Shown here: positions 18,666 to 33,000 of the stretch, one piece after another
How positions within the stretch are numbered: the first letter of the stretch is position 1
How the letters are laid out: the number at the start of each line of letters is the position of its first letter
Assembly (NCBI GenBank): GCA_002269645.1
Contig: NIVC01001383.1
Span: forward strand, 1-64,000
Reading direction: 5' to 3'
DNA from: Macrostomum lignano
Lineage: Eukaryota
Length of the DNA: 64,000 nt
The notes under the pieces: generated by a model
Told to the model about the DNA's origin: nothing
Seen by the model: only the letters and a program-made list of their open reading frames with translations
The model's database searches: none
Translations under genes and position numbers: made by a program

Positions 18666-21088
18666 TTAGACATTAGTAAGCGCTGATGTGAAATACGAAC
18701 TATATTGATCCGAATAAATTTCATATAGTTTTAATTACTTTTTTGACCTTTTATAATATTTCTACTCTTATTCTTCGGTTTCGAAGTCGGTTTTGTTTTA
18801 TTGTTACGATTGCCGCAAATAATATTCGTTCTCCTACTATCAGCGGTTCCCACGCCAGCGAAAGGTGCTGCTGCAGCCTCCCACGTGCTTCCACGTGGAC
18901 GTGGGAATCAACTGTAAGGAAAAAGATATTGGGAAAGGGAAAAATGCCCAGCCTTAAGTCTGCCCGTTGGCGCTGAACAGGCAAGACATAACTATAGTTA
19001 AAATAGTATAAAATACGGGAAAATGGGCAGCTGAAAAATGGCGTACAAGTGTGTTTGGGCAGTAATAATCCCAATAGCGTGAGCAAAACCAGCCCACCCC
19101 AATTCCCAGCGATGCCGGGATGGGGTGGGGAGAGTTAGGGAAAGGGAATTGATTTCAGCTGCCCCGCTGTCCCGCCTCGGGGAGGATCTGTTGAATGAAT
19201 CTCCATCTAGCGCGGTCTTTGCTCAGTGCGGGTGGCAGGCAGGCAGGCACTGGCCCCCTTATTTTACGACCTAATAACATAACTCATAGTTGGGCTAAGT
19301 TGGAAAGAATGACAAAATCCTTTTTGTCACAATTGCAATTCGAATGCACCTGTATCCTCAATACAGTGTTCTTGCGGCTGCAAGCGCTGTGACAATTTCA
19401 CGAAATAGGGGCGGAAGTTGCCTACGGCAATGGGGGTTGACCCATCTAGATTAGGACCTCCCAGGACAGAATAGACATCTCTCTTGTGGTGCCGAAATAG
19501 CGCTAAAACCTCGACTGCGGGGCCAACTCAAATCTCATGACATTGATATCTCATGACCAGGTCATTGGAGAATTTATCCAGATTTGTAAATCTAGTTAAT
19601 ATCTAGAATTCTATGGACATCGGTTGACAAACTTTTTTACCTTTATCACCAGATAAAGAATTCAGCTCACGACTGCGGGCCTAGGAGTGGAAAGGAGAGA
19701 GAATAAAAGATGAGAGATGAGAGAAGAGGGGAGAGAGAAGAGGGGAGAGAGAAGAGGCGAGACAAGAGAGAAGAGAGAAGAGAGCTGAGAAGAGACAGAC
19801 ATTGAGCGGGCCGGATTGCGATTGTAAAGTTTCAAAGAACCCGAGGGCTGGATTTGGCTGATACCTACTGATTCATGTAGATGCTTCATCTTTACTACTT
19901 TTAGTATGCAGAGACAATTTTGACAAAAGCAATTCACTATTGCATAATCAATCTATTTATTCTGATTTTTGTGGGATCCAAGGGGTGCAACACAACCCAA
20001 AAATTTTTTCAAATAATGTTCGGAACTTTTTATTTACTTATATTATATCATTTCAAGGAGTTTACATGTACCCCAAGAAATACTGGCTCCGCCACTGACT
20101 TATTTTCATTTACATCCAGCAAAAAAGCTTTTAAAATATATGGTTACAATGATAAAACTGTAATTTCAGAATATGCGAGCGTACATGTATCATTTAAAAT
20201 CAAAGTCAAACGATTGACCAAACGATTTATACGTTGATATATAGTTTGAAAGTTGTACGGACGAAATATTTTTAGCAAAATAATAGTTCGGAAAAGTCCG
20301 CTAAGGTCAAAAATGAATAGAATCTGATAAATATTTAATGTGCAGATTTACAAAAATATGCCCCGATTATGGTATTGAAAAGAACTTTTAATGCTTATAA
20401 AATATTTAAAAAATATTGTTCATCGAACCCGGAAAATTGCAAGCCTCAGTATAACCATTTTGGCATATTGATAAGTATTACAAGAGCACAAACTAAACTA
20501 AAGTGCATAATAACCTAAATTTTCTACTGACAGAATCAATTTTACAGTAGAGCAAAAATCAATCCGCATTGGAAATCCATAAAACGTATTTTTAAATTGA
20601 ACGAACATGTATCTCGAATTTTTGAAATTTATCACATCTATTTTATTACTTCAAAGGTAAAAATGTGAAGCTTTTTTGAATCAAAAAAGTTTTATCAAAA
20701 TATAATCATATCAACTTCGGTAAAAAGCGAAAAGTGTAAATTTAAGTAAAAATACAAGAGAGCTAGAGTATTTTGCAAACAAATTTTGATTGATCTGTCC
20801 TCAATTTTGCACTAAGCTTAAAATTTTTGACTAAAAATTTAGGCATAGAATTTTTTAATTCTTCTAAAAATAGCTTTAGTAAATCCTGAAAACATAGTAA
20901 TACATGGAAATAAAATAAAATCCAAAGACTTTACTTTTTCATATTGTTATACGAGCCGTATGTAAGGGTAAAGTAGAACTTATATAATATTATCGTTTAA
21001 ATCGTAACTGCGCTATTTTTATTAGCTGCTGCAGTATATCGATCGCCTAAAAATCAGCTTTGACTGACTGAGCTACTGAACTATAGCC

Positions 21089-24000
21089 ATGTCGGAAGAA
21101 TCGTAAGTCGTTCATTCGAATAAATACATTTAAATAGTTTTTGTACACGCTAATCTGGCCCTCGTATCACAAAATTTCAGTGTGAAAGTAGCAGTCAGAG
21201 TTCGGCCATTCAACCAGAGAGAGAAGGACCGTCAGGCTAAACTCATCATTCAAATGCAGGACAAAAATACAGCTATAACTAACCCTGACAGTGAGTTAAT
21301 TTTTTATCCAGTATTTTATCTCTTTGGGGCTGTATGATATTAGCTGTCATAATATCACTCTTCCTTCCCTGGCATCTCACTTCGCTCCCTGACATCTCAC
21401 TTCGCTCCCTGACATCTCACTTCCTTCCCTGACATCTCACTTCCTTTCTGACATCTCGATTCCTTCCCTGACATCTCACTTCCTTTCTGACATCTCGATT
21501 CCTTCCCTGACATCTCACTTCCTTTCTGACATCTCTCTTTCTTCCCTGACATCTCACTTCCTTTCTGACATCTCTCTATCTTCCCTGACATCTCACTTCC
21601 TTTCTGACATCTCGATTCCTTCCCTGACATCTCACTTCCTTTCTGACATCTTTCTTTCTTCCCTGACATCTCACTTCCTTTCTGACATCTTTTTTTCTTC
21701 CCTGACGTCTCACTTCTCTCCCTGACATCTCACTTCCTTTCATTGATATCTCAATTTCTTCCCTGACATCTAATTTCGTTCCCTGACATCTCACTTCGTT
21801 CCCTGACATCTCTATTCCTGCCCTGACATCTCACTTCCTTCACTGACACCTCGATTCCTTCCCTGACATCTCGATTCCTTCCCTGACATCTCGATTCCTT
21901 CCCTGACATCTCACTTCGTTCCCTGACATTTCGATTTCTGCCCTGACATTGTACTTCTATTCCTGACATCTCGCTTTCATTCCTGACGTTTCACTTTTTA
22001 TGTCAGACATATATCAGTCATGCAGTTTCGCTAGAAATAGCTATATGTAAGTGGCAGCAGTTTAATAAAGTACCAAAATAAAAAAATTATAACAAAACGA
22101 ATCCCAAATATTTCAGATCCTTCAGACGTCAAGACGTTCGCATTCGACTATTCCTACTGGTTAGTGCGCTAAATCGAAGTCTTCACGGCTGAAATTCTGC
22201 AGTAATTGTCCTGACAACCTGTACTTTTTTTAGGTCGCATGACGGATTCGAAGAGAGGCCGGACGGAGTGCTCGAGCCGCAGTCGGCCAGCTCGAACTAC
22301 GCCAGCCAGAAGCGAGTGTTTGGCGACCTAGGCCAGGGCGTCCTTAACAACGCCTTCCTTGGCTACAATTGCTCCCTGTTCGCCTACGGACAGACTGGCG
22401 CGGGAAAATCGTATTCGATGGTTGGCTACGGCAGCAACAGGTTTATTCATGTTGCTATGTGAATATGGGGTTGGCTAATGGGGGTGTCTAATGGGGGTGT
22501 CTAATAGGTTGGCTAATGGAGAATAGCTAATAGATTTTAGGGTAAGCTATTAGAGGGTAGCTAATGGAGGGTAGCTAATAGAGGGTAGCTAATGGAGGGT
22601 AGCTATTAGAGGGTAGCTAATAGAGGGTAGCTAATAGAGGGTAGCTAATAGAGGGTAGCTAATAGAGGGTAGCTAATAGAGGGTAGCTAATAGAGGGTAG
22701 CTAATAGAGGGTAGCTAATAGAGGGTAGCTAATAGAGGGTAGCTAATAGAGGGTAGCTAATAGAGGGTAGCTAATAGAGGGTAGCTAATAGAGGGTAGCT
22801 AATAGAGGGTAGCTAATAGAGGGTAGCTAATAGAGGGTAGCTAATAGAGGGTAGCTAATAGAGGGTAGCTAATAGAGGGTAGCTAATAGAGGGTAGCTAA
22901 TAGAGGGTAGCTAATAGAGGGTAGCTAATAGATTTTAGGTTTAGCTAATACATTGCATCTAATAGAGGGTAGCCAATAGAGGGTAGCTAATAGAGGGTAG
23001 CTAAAAGATTTTAGGTTTAGCTAATACATTGCATCTAATAGAGGGTAGCCAATAGAGGGTAGCTAATAGAGGGTAGCTAATAGAGGGTAGCTAATAGAGG
23101 GTAGCCAATAGAGGGTAGCTAATAGAGGGTAGCTAATAGATTTTAGGTTTAGCTAATACATTGCATCTAATAGAGGGTAGCCAATAGAGGGTAGCTAATA
23201 GAGGGTAGCTAAAAGATTTTAGGTTTAGCTAATACATTGCATCTAATAGAGGGTAGCCAATAGAGGGTAGCTAATAGAGGGTAGCTAATAGAGGGTAGCT
23301 AATAGAGGGTAGCCAATAGAGGGTAGCTAATAGAGGGTAGCTAATAGATTTTAGGTTAAGCTGATACATTGCATCTAATAGAGTGAAATTCTGAGCTAAT
23401 ATGGGTAGATACTACTGCGTGATCTGCACAGTGCGGTCACAAAAACGCCATAAATATCATGAAACACTAATTGCACCTTCACTCCCCCTTCCCAAACGCC
23501 AACACTCCAGAGGTATTGTGCCAATCACGTGCGACGAGCTATTCAAGACGATCGCGGAGAATTCCAGCAATTCCGCACAGGTGACAGCTAAAAACAGTTA
23601 TATTATAATGATCCCGGGTTATTGGCTGAAAATTCCGTCTGATTTAATTCATACAAATTTATGCATGTTTGCTTTAATTCAACATTTTTCTCATTTTTGT
23701 ATGCATGCCTGCGCGCGTAGCTGAGCAAGAAATCCGTTGTCATGGCAACGGAAGAATTCTCAAATCCGGCATCAAATTGAGTCGCAAACTGCTGCCATTG
23801 CAGTTATGCCATTTTGACGTGAACAAAAAACGGGGATAGAGGCGGGAGGCAGGTTTTCTGTTTATAAAAGGAATTTTCACATCTGCTCCGCGCTTATTCA
23901 AACAGCTGGTTTCAGGGATTCGGGAGTGCATCTGGTTGGGTTGGGGAGGGAGGGAACTAGCTCGTTTGGGAGAATATTTGGGAGATTGGGAGAATATTGC

Positions 24001-27000
24001 ATATCTGCTTTTTTCTCTCTTCTCTCTCTCCGCAGACTCTCACAATTGCCATGCAGTTTTTCTCAACCCTGTTGTCATGACAACAGAAACTAAATACTTC
24101 CTTATATATATAACTCAGAGCGAACTATTTGACACAGCTAGTCGCCTGCAGCTACAATGCATGCAGACACGATGGTTTCAATTGAGGTGGATGCAGCTGA
24201 ACCCCCCCCCCTCAACCACCACGCAGCCCCAACCTGAAGGCTGCTTCGTATCGACCAGGGGGAAAGCTTGAAAGCTGCGGGCCTCTTGTTGGCTTCTCTC
24301 TCCTAGTCGTTCTCTCCTTCTAAGCTTGCAGAAGCAGCAATACGTGGCTTCCTGCTTTCTTCTTCCGTTCATTTTAGTACAGTGCAGCCCCAGCCTCAAC
24401 TCCAAGTGTTGCAGGCTCTGCTGCTTTCGGGACGATAAAGCTTGTGGCATCTGGAGCTCTGCACTTGCTGGAAACTGAACTTGGAGAGCCCAGGGATGCC
24501 TGAGATGGCGAGGCAAACATTGCCAGCCCAAGTCGCATGCCTATGTGATTGAGGCAATTGCTTGTTGCTAGGGGCCTAAGTGCAGCCGTGACACTCTATT
24601 TGCCAATCGCTTTCCCGCATGGCTGAAACATTGCAGAGCTCTATTTCGGATTTCAGAACCATCGAGAACTTATGAAAAAGCAGGACTGCTACCAGTACTG
24701 TATTCAGTATATAAGTCGTAAATTTTATTGTTAAACGAACAAATCGTTAAAATACTTTTGCTTTTACGCTTGCTCAGGGAAGTGGAACAATGGGATGGCG
24801 GCTGACTTGAACCTTAGTACGGATTTATAAGGTTTACTTCAGGGGCGCTGATGCATGGCCGTTCTTAGTTGGTGGAGCGATTTGTCTGGTTTGTCTGAGA
24901 ACGAGACTGAAGTCTGCTAAACAGTACGCTGATACATCTTCGTCGGTGCTGACTTCTTAGAGGGACAAGCGGCTTGAAGACTCTCTTATGCAACAAAGTG
25001 AAGCAAAAAAAGCACAGCCGTCAAGCGTGTCTCTTGGTTGCGCGCAATACTTGGTGTTGTGGCGCCCCAATATCCTTGGTGGGCGCCACTGTCTCTCGGT
25101 GGGCGCTCCAACCCCTATCTCATTAGCCAGTGGATGCCATGCTGCTTAAGAAGTGAAAAAGTTTAGCTCCTGTCCTTCGCCAAGCTTGCTCACCTCTTTC
25201 ATTTAAATTCTGGAATTCCCGGGTATCAAGAATCAGGGTCACCTGTTCTCCGACAGCTTGCTTGCTCTCGGTACCTTCACTTGTGTCCCTATACCCGTGT
25301 CCCCACACCCGTGTCCCCTCACATGTTTCCCCACACTTGTGTCCCCACACCCGTGTCATGTCCCCACACCCGAGTCCCCACACCCCGTGTCCCCCACTTG
25401 TGTCCCCAAATCCGAGTCCCTACACCCCGTGTCCCCACACCCGAGTCTTCACCCCGTGTCCCCACACCTGTGTCCCCACACCTGTGTCCCCACACCTGTG
25501 TCCCCACACATATTTCCCCACACCCGTGTCATGTCCCCACACCCCAAGTGTCCCCACACTTGTGTCCCCACACCCGTGTCATGTCCCCACACCCGTGTCT
25601 TCACCCCGTGTCCCCACACCTGTGTCCCCACACCTGTCCCCACACCTGTGTCCCCACACATATTTCCCCACACCCGTGTCATGTCCCTGTCATGATGGCT
25701 AATTATGTGGAGCACAATGTTATTTAGTTGTCAGTCAATGAGAGTTTAGGGGCATGGTCGTGCTTGCGGCCAAGCCAAATCGAGCGCTTGTATTTTGGAA
25801 CTGAAAGAAGGCATACACACTGAAAGATGGTATTGATATACTCGCTTACAACTCGAAGGATTAACAAAGTTTGGACATAGACACAGTTTAAGCACATACG
25901 TATTGGCTGCATTAACGGATCATAAGGCATAACAGTCCCCACACCCCAAGTGTCCCCACACTTGTGTCCCCACACCCGAGTCCCCACACCACCTGTCCCC
26001 ACACCCGTGTCCCACACCAGAGTCCCCATACCCCCGTTTCCTGACACCCGTGTCCCCACATCAGTTTCCCGACACCCATCTCCCACCACGCAGCGCTACG
26101 AGGTGACCTTCTCAATGCTGGAGATCTACAACGAGAACGTCCGCGATCTTCTTGGCGACGCCTCGGCAAAGTCCGGCCTACCGATTCGGCAGCACCCCAG
26201 CCAGGGCTTCTACGTGCACGGCCTGAAGCGGGTGCCAGTGGGCAGCTACAGGGAGATCGAGCAGCGCATGGAGCAGGGCACGGCCAGTCGGACAGTGGCG
26301 GCTACTAATATGAACGCTACGAGTTCCAGGGCGCACACAGTAGTCACGATTGTCTTCGATCAGATTGCTGGCGGCGGCGGCAAAGAGACGAAGAAGAGTA
26401 GCGTTATGAATCTGGTGGACTTGGCAGGTGAGCTCGGAAGATTATTAATGCTTATCGAATACCTGTCTCCCAATACCTGTCTCGAGAATACCTGTCTCGG
26501 AATACCTGTCTCGAAATACCTGCCTCCGAATACCTGTCTCCGAATACCTGTCTCGGAATACCTGTCTCCGAATATCTGTCTCCGAATACCTGTCTCCGAA
26601 TATCTGTCTCCGAATACCTGTCTCCGAATACCTGTCTCGGAATACCTGTCTCCGAATACCTGCCTCCGAATACCTGTCTCGCAATACCTGTCTCGGAATA
26701 CCTGTCTCTGAATACCTGTCTCCGAATACCTGTCTCCGAATACCTGTCTCGGAATACCTGTCTCCGAATACCTGCCTCCGAATACCTGTCTCGCAATACC
26801 TGTCTCGGAATACCTGTCTCTGAATACCTGTCTCCGAATACCTGTCTCCGAATACCTGTCTCGGAATACCTGTCTCCGAATACCTGCCTCCGAATACCTG
26901 TCTCGCAATACCTGTCTCGGAATACCTGTCTCTGAATACCTGTCTCCGAATACCTGTCTCGCAATAACTTTCTCCGAATACCTGTCTCCGAATACCTGTC

Positions 27001-30000
27001 TCCGAATACCTGTCTCGCAATACCTGTCTCCGAATACCTGTCTCCGAATACCTGTCTCCGAATACCTGTCTCCGCATACCTGTCTCGGAATACCTGTCTC
27101 GCAATACCTGTCTCCGAATACCTGCCTCCGAATACCTGGCTCGCAATACCTGTCTCGCAATAACTGTCTCGCAATACCGTATTTACACAATAACTTACCC
27201 ACAATGCATTCCTACGCCAGGTTCTGAAAGGGCGGACAGCACAGGAGCTACTGGCGACAGACTCAAAGAAGGCGCCAACATCAACAAGTCCCTGTCAGCA
27301 CTGGGCAACGTGATCTCCGCTCTGGCTGACCTGTCCACTGGCAAGAAGAAAGTGATGGTGCCCTATAGGGACTCCGTTCTAACTAAGCTGCTGCAGAATG
27401 CTCTTGGCGGCAACAGGTAAATTTGGATGGGATCCAGTTTTATAAGGATGTAATATTGTCAGGATGTAATACTGAGGATGTAAGAATGTAATTCTGTGGC
27501 GCTCATGTTTGGTGCTATTGAGTGCCGAATCGGGTGGCTAATTTGTGTTTGAACTCGTGGAGGTGTCGGTGTAGGGCAGCGCCGGGCAGCGGTAAACCCT
27601 TGGTTCGATTCGCGGCCGCATTCATTTGCTGGGGCTTGTGTGCACGCGAAAATTAGCCACCGGGGTTGTTGTGCGATTCACACCCATCATCGCTAAACCC
27701 CCAAGGCACAGTGCACATGCCTGACGATTAGACAGTCAGGGCCGATGTACACCCTGTGTGAGTGTGTGTACGAGTGCGTGCCTGCGTACAGTATTGGCGC
27801 GCTTGCATGTGCTCAGGAGTCAACTGAATGGGCAGAGTTGCCGTCAGCGCTGGCTGTGGGACCGATGTCGCCGTACGTGCACCGCAACCCTCCTGCGAAT
27901 ATTCATATTTTTAATTGAGTGTCAGTATTTAATAGCCTTTTTGACCCAGCAACTTCTCAGTATAGATAAGCCACTTCTACTGCTAGTAGCATCCAAAGAG
28001 CTTGAAAAACTCGATTGGGAAATTTTAACTCCAGCAAAACGGTGATGATCGCCGCCCTGTCCCCGGCCGACATCAACTACGACGAGACGCTGAGCACTCT
28101 GCGCTACGCTGATCGGGCAAAGAAAATTAAAAATCAAGCCGTAGTGAATGAGAATCCTATGGATAAGCTGCTGCGCGAGCTGCAGGTGAGAATTGAGAGA
28201 GAGAGAGGGTTGAGAGAGAGGTTGGGAAAGAGGGTTGAGAAAGAGGGTTGAGAAAGAGGGTTGAGAAAAAATAGGGTTGAGAGAGGGTTGGGGGTTACAT
28301 TAGAGGGTTGAGAGAGGGTTGGGAGTTACATTAGAGGGTTGAGAGAGGGTTGGGAGTTACATTAGAGGGTTGAGAGAGGGTTGGGAGTTACATTAGAGGG
28401 TTGAGAGAGGGTTGGGAGTTACATTAGAGGGTTGAGAGAGGGTTGGGAGTTACATTAGAGGGTTGAGAGAGGGTTGAGAGTTACATTAGAGGGTTGAGAG
28501 AAAGGAGATTGAGAGAGAAAGTTTGAAAGAGAGAAAGAGAAAGAGAGAGAGGGGGTTGAGATAGAGGGTTGAGAGAGAGGATTAGTGTTAGGTTTGTAGA
28601 GAGGCTGAAACTTTGGGGTCACTCAGTGCTATTTATATAGTGTGACTTGAAGTCTGTCCGGCACGGTCACTCTAAGCTACCATGCAAGAGAATATTCAAT
28701 TTACTAAAAAGAAAACATTCTGCCAACTCCAAAATCCAGATGGAGAACGAACGTTTAAAGAAGGTGCTGGATTCTGGAGATCTGAGTAGCGCAGGATTCC
28801 CGCAGCAACAGCAGCAGACCGGCATGTCCAAAGAAGGTCTATGCTCAATTTCATGAGTACCCTTTGCGGCTGCATGCCAGGCCTTTGTTTTTAGTTTACT
28901 CTCAACTCTTTCTTTCAGACGTGGAAAAAATGCGCAAAGAACTTGAAGAGGAAATTCGGGCCCAGCTGATGTCCAACAGTGAGCTCATGCAGCAGAGCAG
29001 CTCTGACAATTGGGAGGCCAAGGTTGGTCAGGCACTGATTTTCTCATGAAATCAGAAAGATTCCCTGTCTCAGCTAATGTGAGAAATTCCAATCTCAGCC
29101 AATCAGAGGAATCCTGTCTCAACCAATCAGAAAGTTCCCTGTCTCAACCACAGAATAACTAGATGGGTCACTCAGCACATTTGCGTGCAAGCTACTTTCA
29201 GTTCAGTAGTAAGTTAAACAGAAGCATTTTGATGTGTTTTTAAAGCCAAGGCTCATTTATTGACTATTACCCCCCAGCTTGAACCCTCCAACTGCGCCTT
29301 TCCACACTACCCCGGCCCAGCCTCAATTTTTATCGCCTTTCTCAGAATTCCAGCCTAAAGCTGCCATGTACATTTCAGTGGACTGGCTAATGTACATTAT
29401 TACTGACCAATTAGCAAGTTGTTTGCGCCTGCAAGCTTGGGCTTCTAAACTTACCACAGTCATTTTAGCTGCCTGTATCTTTATAAAATAGTCTATATAT
29501 TCTTCTTTGCTACAGAACTAAAAATAGAAATCTGTTTTAATAAGTACGAGTGTATATATGCCTGAGTGGCCCATCTAGTTATTTTAGTATCTGTGGTCTC
29601 AACCAATCAGAAGGATCCCCTGTTTTAGCCAATGAGAGTAGTTCCTGTCTTAGCCAATCAGAAGATTCCCTGTCTCAACCAATCAGAAGATTCCCTGTCT
29701 CAGCTAAGAAATCCGAATTTGATTCCGTGCCAACTCTAACAAACAAAAACTTCAAAGCTCGCCGAAGCTCGAGCCGATCTCGCCCCGGTCAGCGAAGCGG
29801 CAGACAAAAAGTCGCAAATTCCGCACCTGCTGAACCTGAACGAGGATCCAATGCTGTCAGGGGTGGTGGTTCATTTTCTGGAGTCTGCCGAGATTCTGAT
29901 TGGCCGATCGGAGGAGGAATTGCAGCCGCAGATTCGCCTGATGGGCCTGTCAATCTCGAAGCGACATGCCGTGATTGCCCGACTAACTGACACGGAATTT

Positions 30001-33000
30001 GAAATTCGACCGGCAATCCAGGGTGCCAAGACTCTTGTGAATGGCCTGCCGTTGACTGGCCCGATGGAGCTCACTCACAAGGATCGGATTGTGTTCGGTG
30101 AGTAAACTTTCTTAGGTTTCGGTCCTAGCCAGTCAGAGACTAGCTGAATCCTAGCCAATCAGAGAGGAGCATGTTTCTAGCCTATCAGGGAGAAGCATGT
30201 TTTTAGGCAATCACTAGCAATCTAGTGCCCCCCTTCGGGGCGGCCGATAAGAAAGGGGCAAAATTTATTAATTTAAATCCTGGTAGCGATTAGTATGGCA
30301 TGTAATTAGTCAATCATAGATTAGCTAGATCAAAGTCAATCAGGGAGTATCTTGATTCTAGCCAATCAGATTTTAGCTTGATTCTAGCGAATCAAAGAGT
30401 AGCTTTATTATAGCCAATTAGATAGTAGCTTGATTCCAGCCAGTCAGAGTGTAGCTTGATTCGAGCCAATCATGGAGGAGCATGTTTTTAGCCGATCAGA
30501 GACTAGCTGGATCCTAGCCAATCAGAGAGAATCTTGATTCTAGCCAATCAGAGATTAGCTTGACTCTATCCAATCAGAGTGAGATAGATAATCGAATACA
30601 ATGTTCGAATATTCAAAACAAATTGATTCCGGTAGAAAAACAGAAAAAGTAACAAATTCCACTGACACCTGCACCCATTCGCCAATGCCAGGATCAAATC
30701 ACGTGTACGTATTCATCAACCCGAAGAACCGGTCATGCAACGCCGGTTTACCGAAGCGCATCAACTGGGAATTTGTGCAGAAGGAAATTGCCAATGTCAA
30801 GGGTTTTGCCACCGGATCTGCCGGTCTGACTAAAGGCAAGCGATTTATTTACTACTGATAGTAGTGTTCTGACGTACATATAGCACTAAATTTATTGAAG
30901 TTTACGTAAAAACGAATAATTTCAGAGCAAGCAGTTGTGCAGGAGCAAATCTTGGAGCTCATTCCGATGGTAACGGAGGTGAACGCGATCTCCGATGAGC
31001 TGAACAAATATCGATCGTTTGAGGTCATCCTGCTGCCAGTCACTCGACCAGATGGCACCAAGGGGTCTAGGTAGGTCCGCATTGGATGTCTAGATCTAGA
31101 TTAGGTGTCTTACGTAGGTCTAAATTGAGTGTCTTAGGTAAACGTTGTGAGTCCAGTTTGGTCAAGATTTTAGGTATAGGTAACTAGGTAAATATTGGGG
31201 GGTCCAGCAGTATGCTCCATTGACAGTCTCAGTGTTCAACAGCCGTACCCCTCGCCTTTCTCAAATGTATCGACAATAAAACAGCTCTCGTAAACTTAAT
31301 CAATCAACTTATTAACGCTAGTTACAAAGAACTAAATACGGTAAGCGTTTAGCAATTGGACAGGTGTAATCCCTCAGAGATGGGTCTTCTTTTTTCTTTT
31401 TTAAAGTCTTCTTTGAGGCCGCTCTGAGTCAGAACTTTTTACTCGAATTTTCATATATATTTATAGTAAATTTTTGGAGAAAAATGGTTTAAGATCGGAT
31501 ATTTACTTAGGTCATATATGGAGTTATAAGCAAACACAGCTGCTGAAATCCGGTTCCTTGATCAAACAAATGTTGGTTCTACGTAGGGTTCTGAGTCACT
31601 CTGTTTGGACATGACTCATTTTAAATTTACTTTAAGTAGCACATTACTGTATGATTTTAACAGCTCTCTACAAAACCCGCAGGTGCGCGGTGCAGATGCA
31701 GGACCTGCTGAGCGACCTGGAATGGCGCTGGGAGCGCGGAAAGTTCATGAACCGGCGATTCCTCATGCTGGAACTGTACCAACGTTTCCAGGCAGGCGAC
31801 GCATCCGTGCACTCGGTTGCTAAGGACGCCGACCCCTTCTGGGAGCCGCCCGAAGAGGTTACTGTCGGCACTGCCACCCTGTTCCTACAGTCGCTGGCCT
31901 ACTGTCTGGACTTTGAAGATCGACTGCCGATTGTCGATCATCGCGGAGTTGTTGAAGGTCACGTGACTGCCGGCCTGACCCCCTGCGACTCGGACGGCCG
32001 GCCGCTTGGTGAAGACGAATTCGTTGAAGAGCCCGAGGACTTGCTTGGCCGGCCGCTGCGATTCAATGTCCGGATTGAGTCGGCTGAACTGCTCAGACAG
32101 CGTCACGCCCGCGGCGCCTGCCGGGTGACCTTCGCGCTGCTGAGCCGGTCGGCCACAACGCAGACTCTGGCCGATACCGCGGCGCCCAAATTCGCCTTCT
32201 CGGAGAAGTTCAGTCTGGCCAGCGTGCAGCCGCAGCACCTCAAACTGCTGACTCAGGGCAGCGTGACGCTTGAGGTCGGCAGCTCGCATCCACTTCATTG
32301 CACTCCGCGACCCTACCTGGACCCACAATCTAAACCCACCTGGACCCACAATCTAAACCCACCTGGACCCACAATCTAAACCTACCTGGACCCACAATCT
32401 AAACCCACCTGGACCTACAATCTAAACTCACCTGGACCCACAATCTAAACCTACCTGGACCTACAATCTAAACTCACCTGGACCCATAATCGAAACCTAC
32501 CTGGACCCACAATCTAAACCCACCTGGACCCACAATCTAAACCCACCTGGACCCACAATCTAAACCTACCTGGACCCACAATCTAAACCCACCTGGACCT
32601 ACAATCTAAACTCACCTGGACCCACAATCTAAACCTACCTGGACCTACAATCTAAACTCACCTGGACCCATAATCGAAACCTACCTGGACCCACAATCTA
32701 AACCCACCTGGACCTACAATCTAAACTCACCTGGACCCACAATCTAAACCTACCTGGACCTACAATCTAAACTCACCTGGACCCATAATCGAAACCTACC
32801 TGGACCCACAATCTAAACCTACCTGGACCCATAATCGAAACCTACCTGGACCCACAGTCTTATCCGAATTTGTCACCGTGACAACTGTCTATTTTATTTG
32901 CCAGGTGCTGTGCCAGCAGCGCGAAGCCCAATCAGACACTCGGCTGGCCGGCCTGTCCACCAGGCAGCTGCGCGAGCGAATCCGCGTGAGCGGAGGCGGC

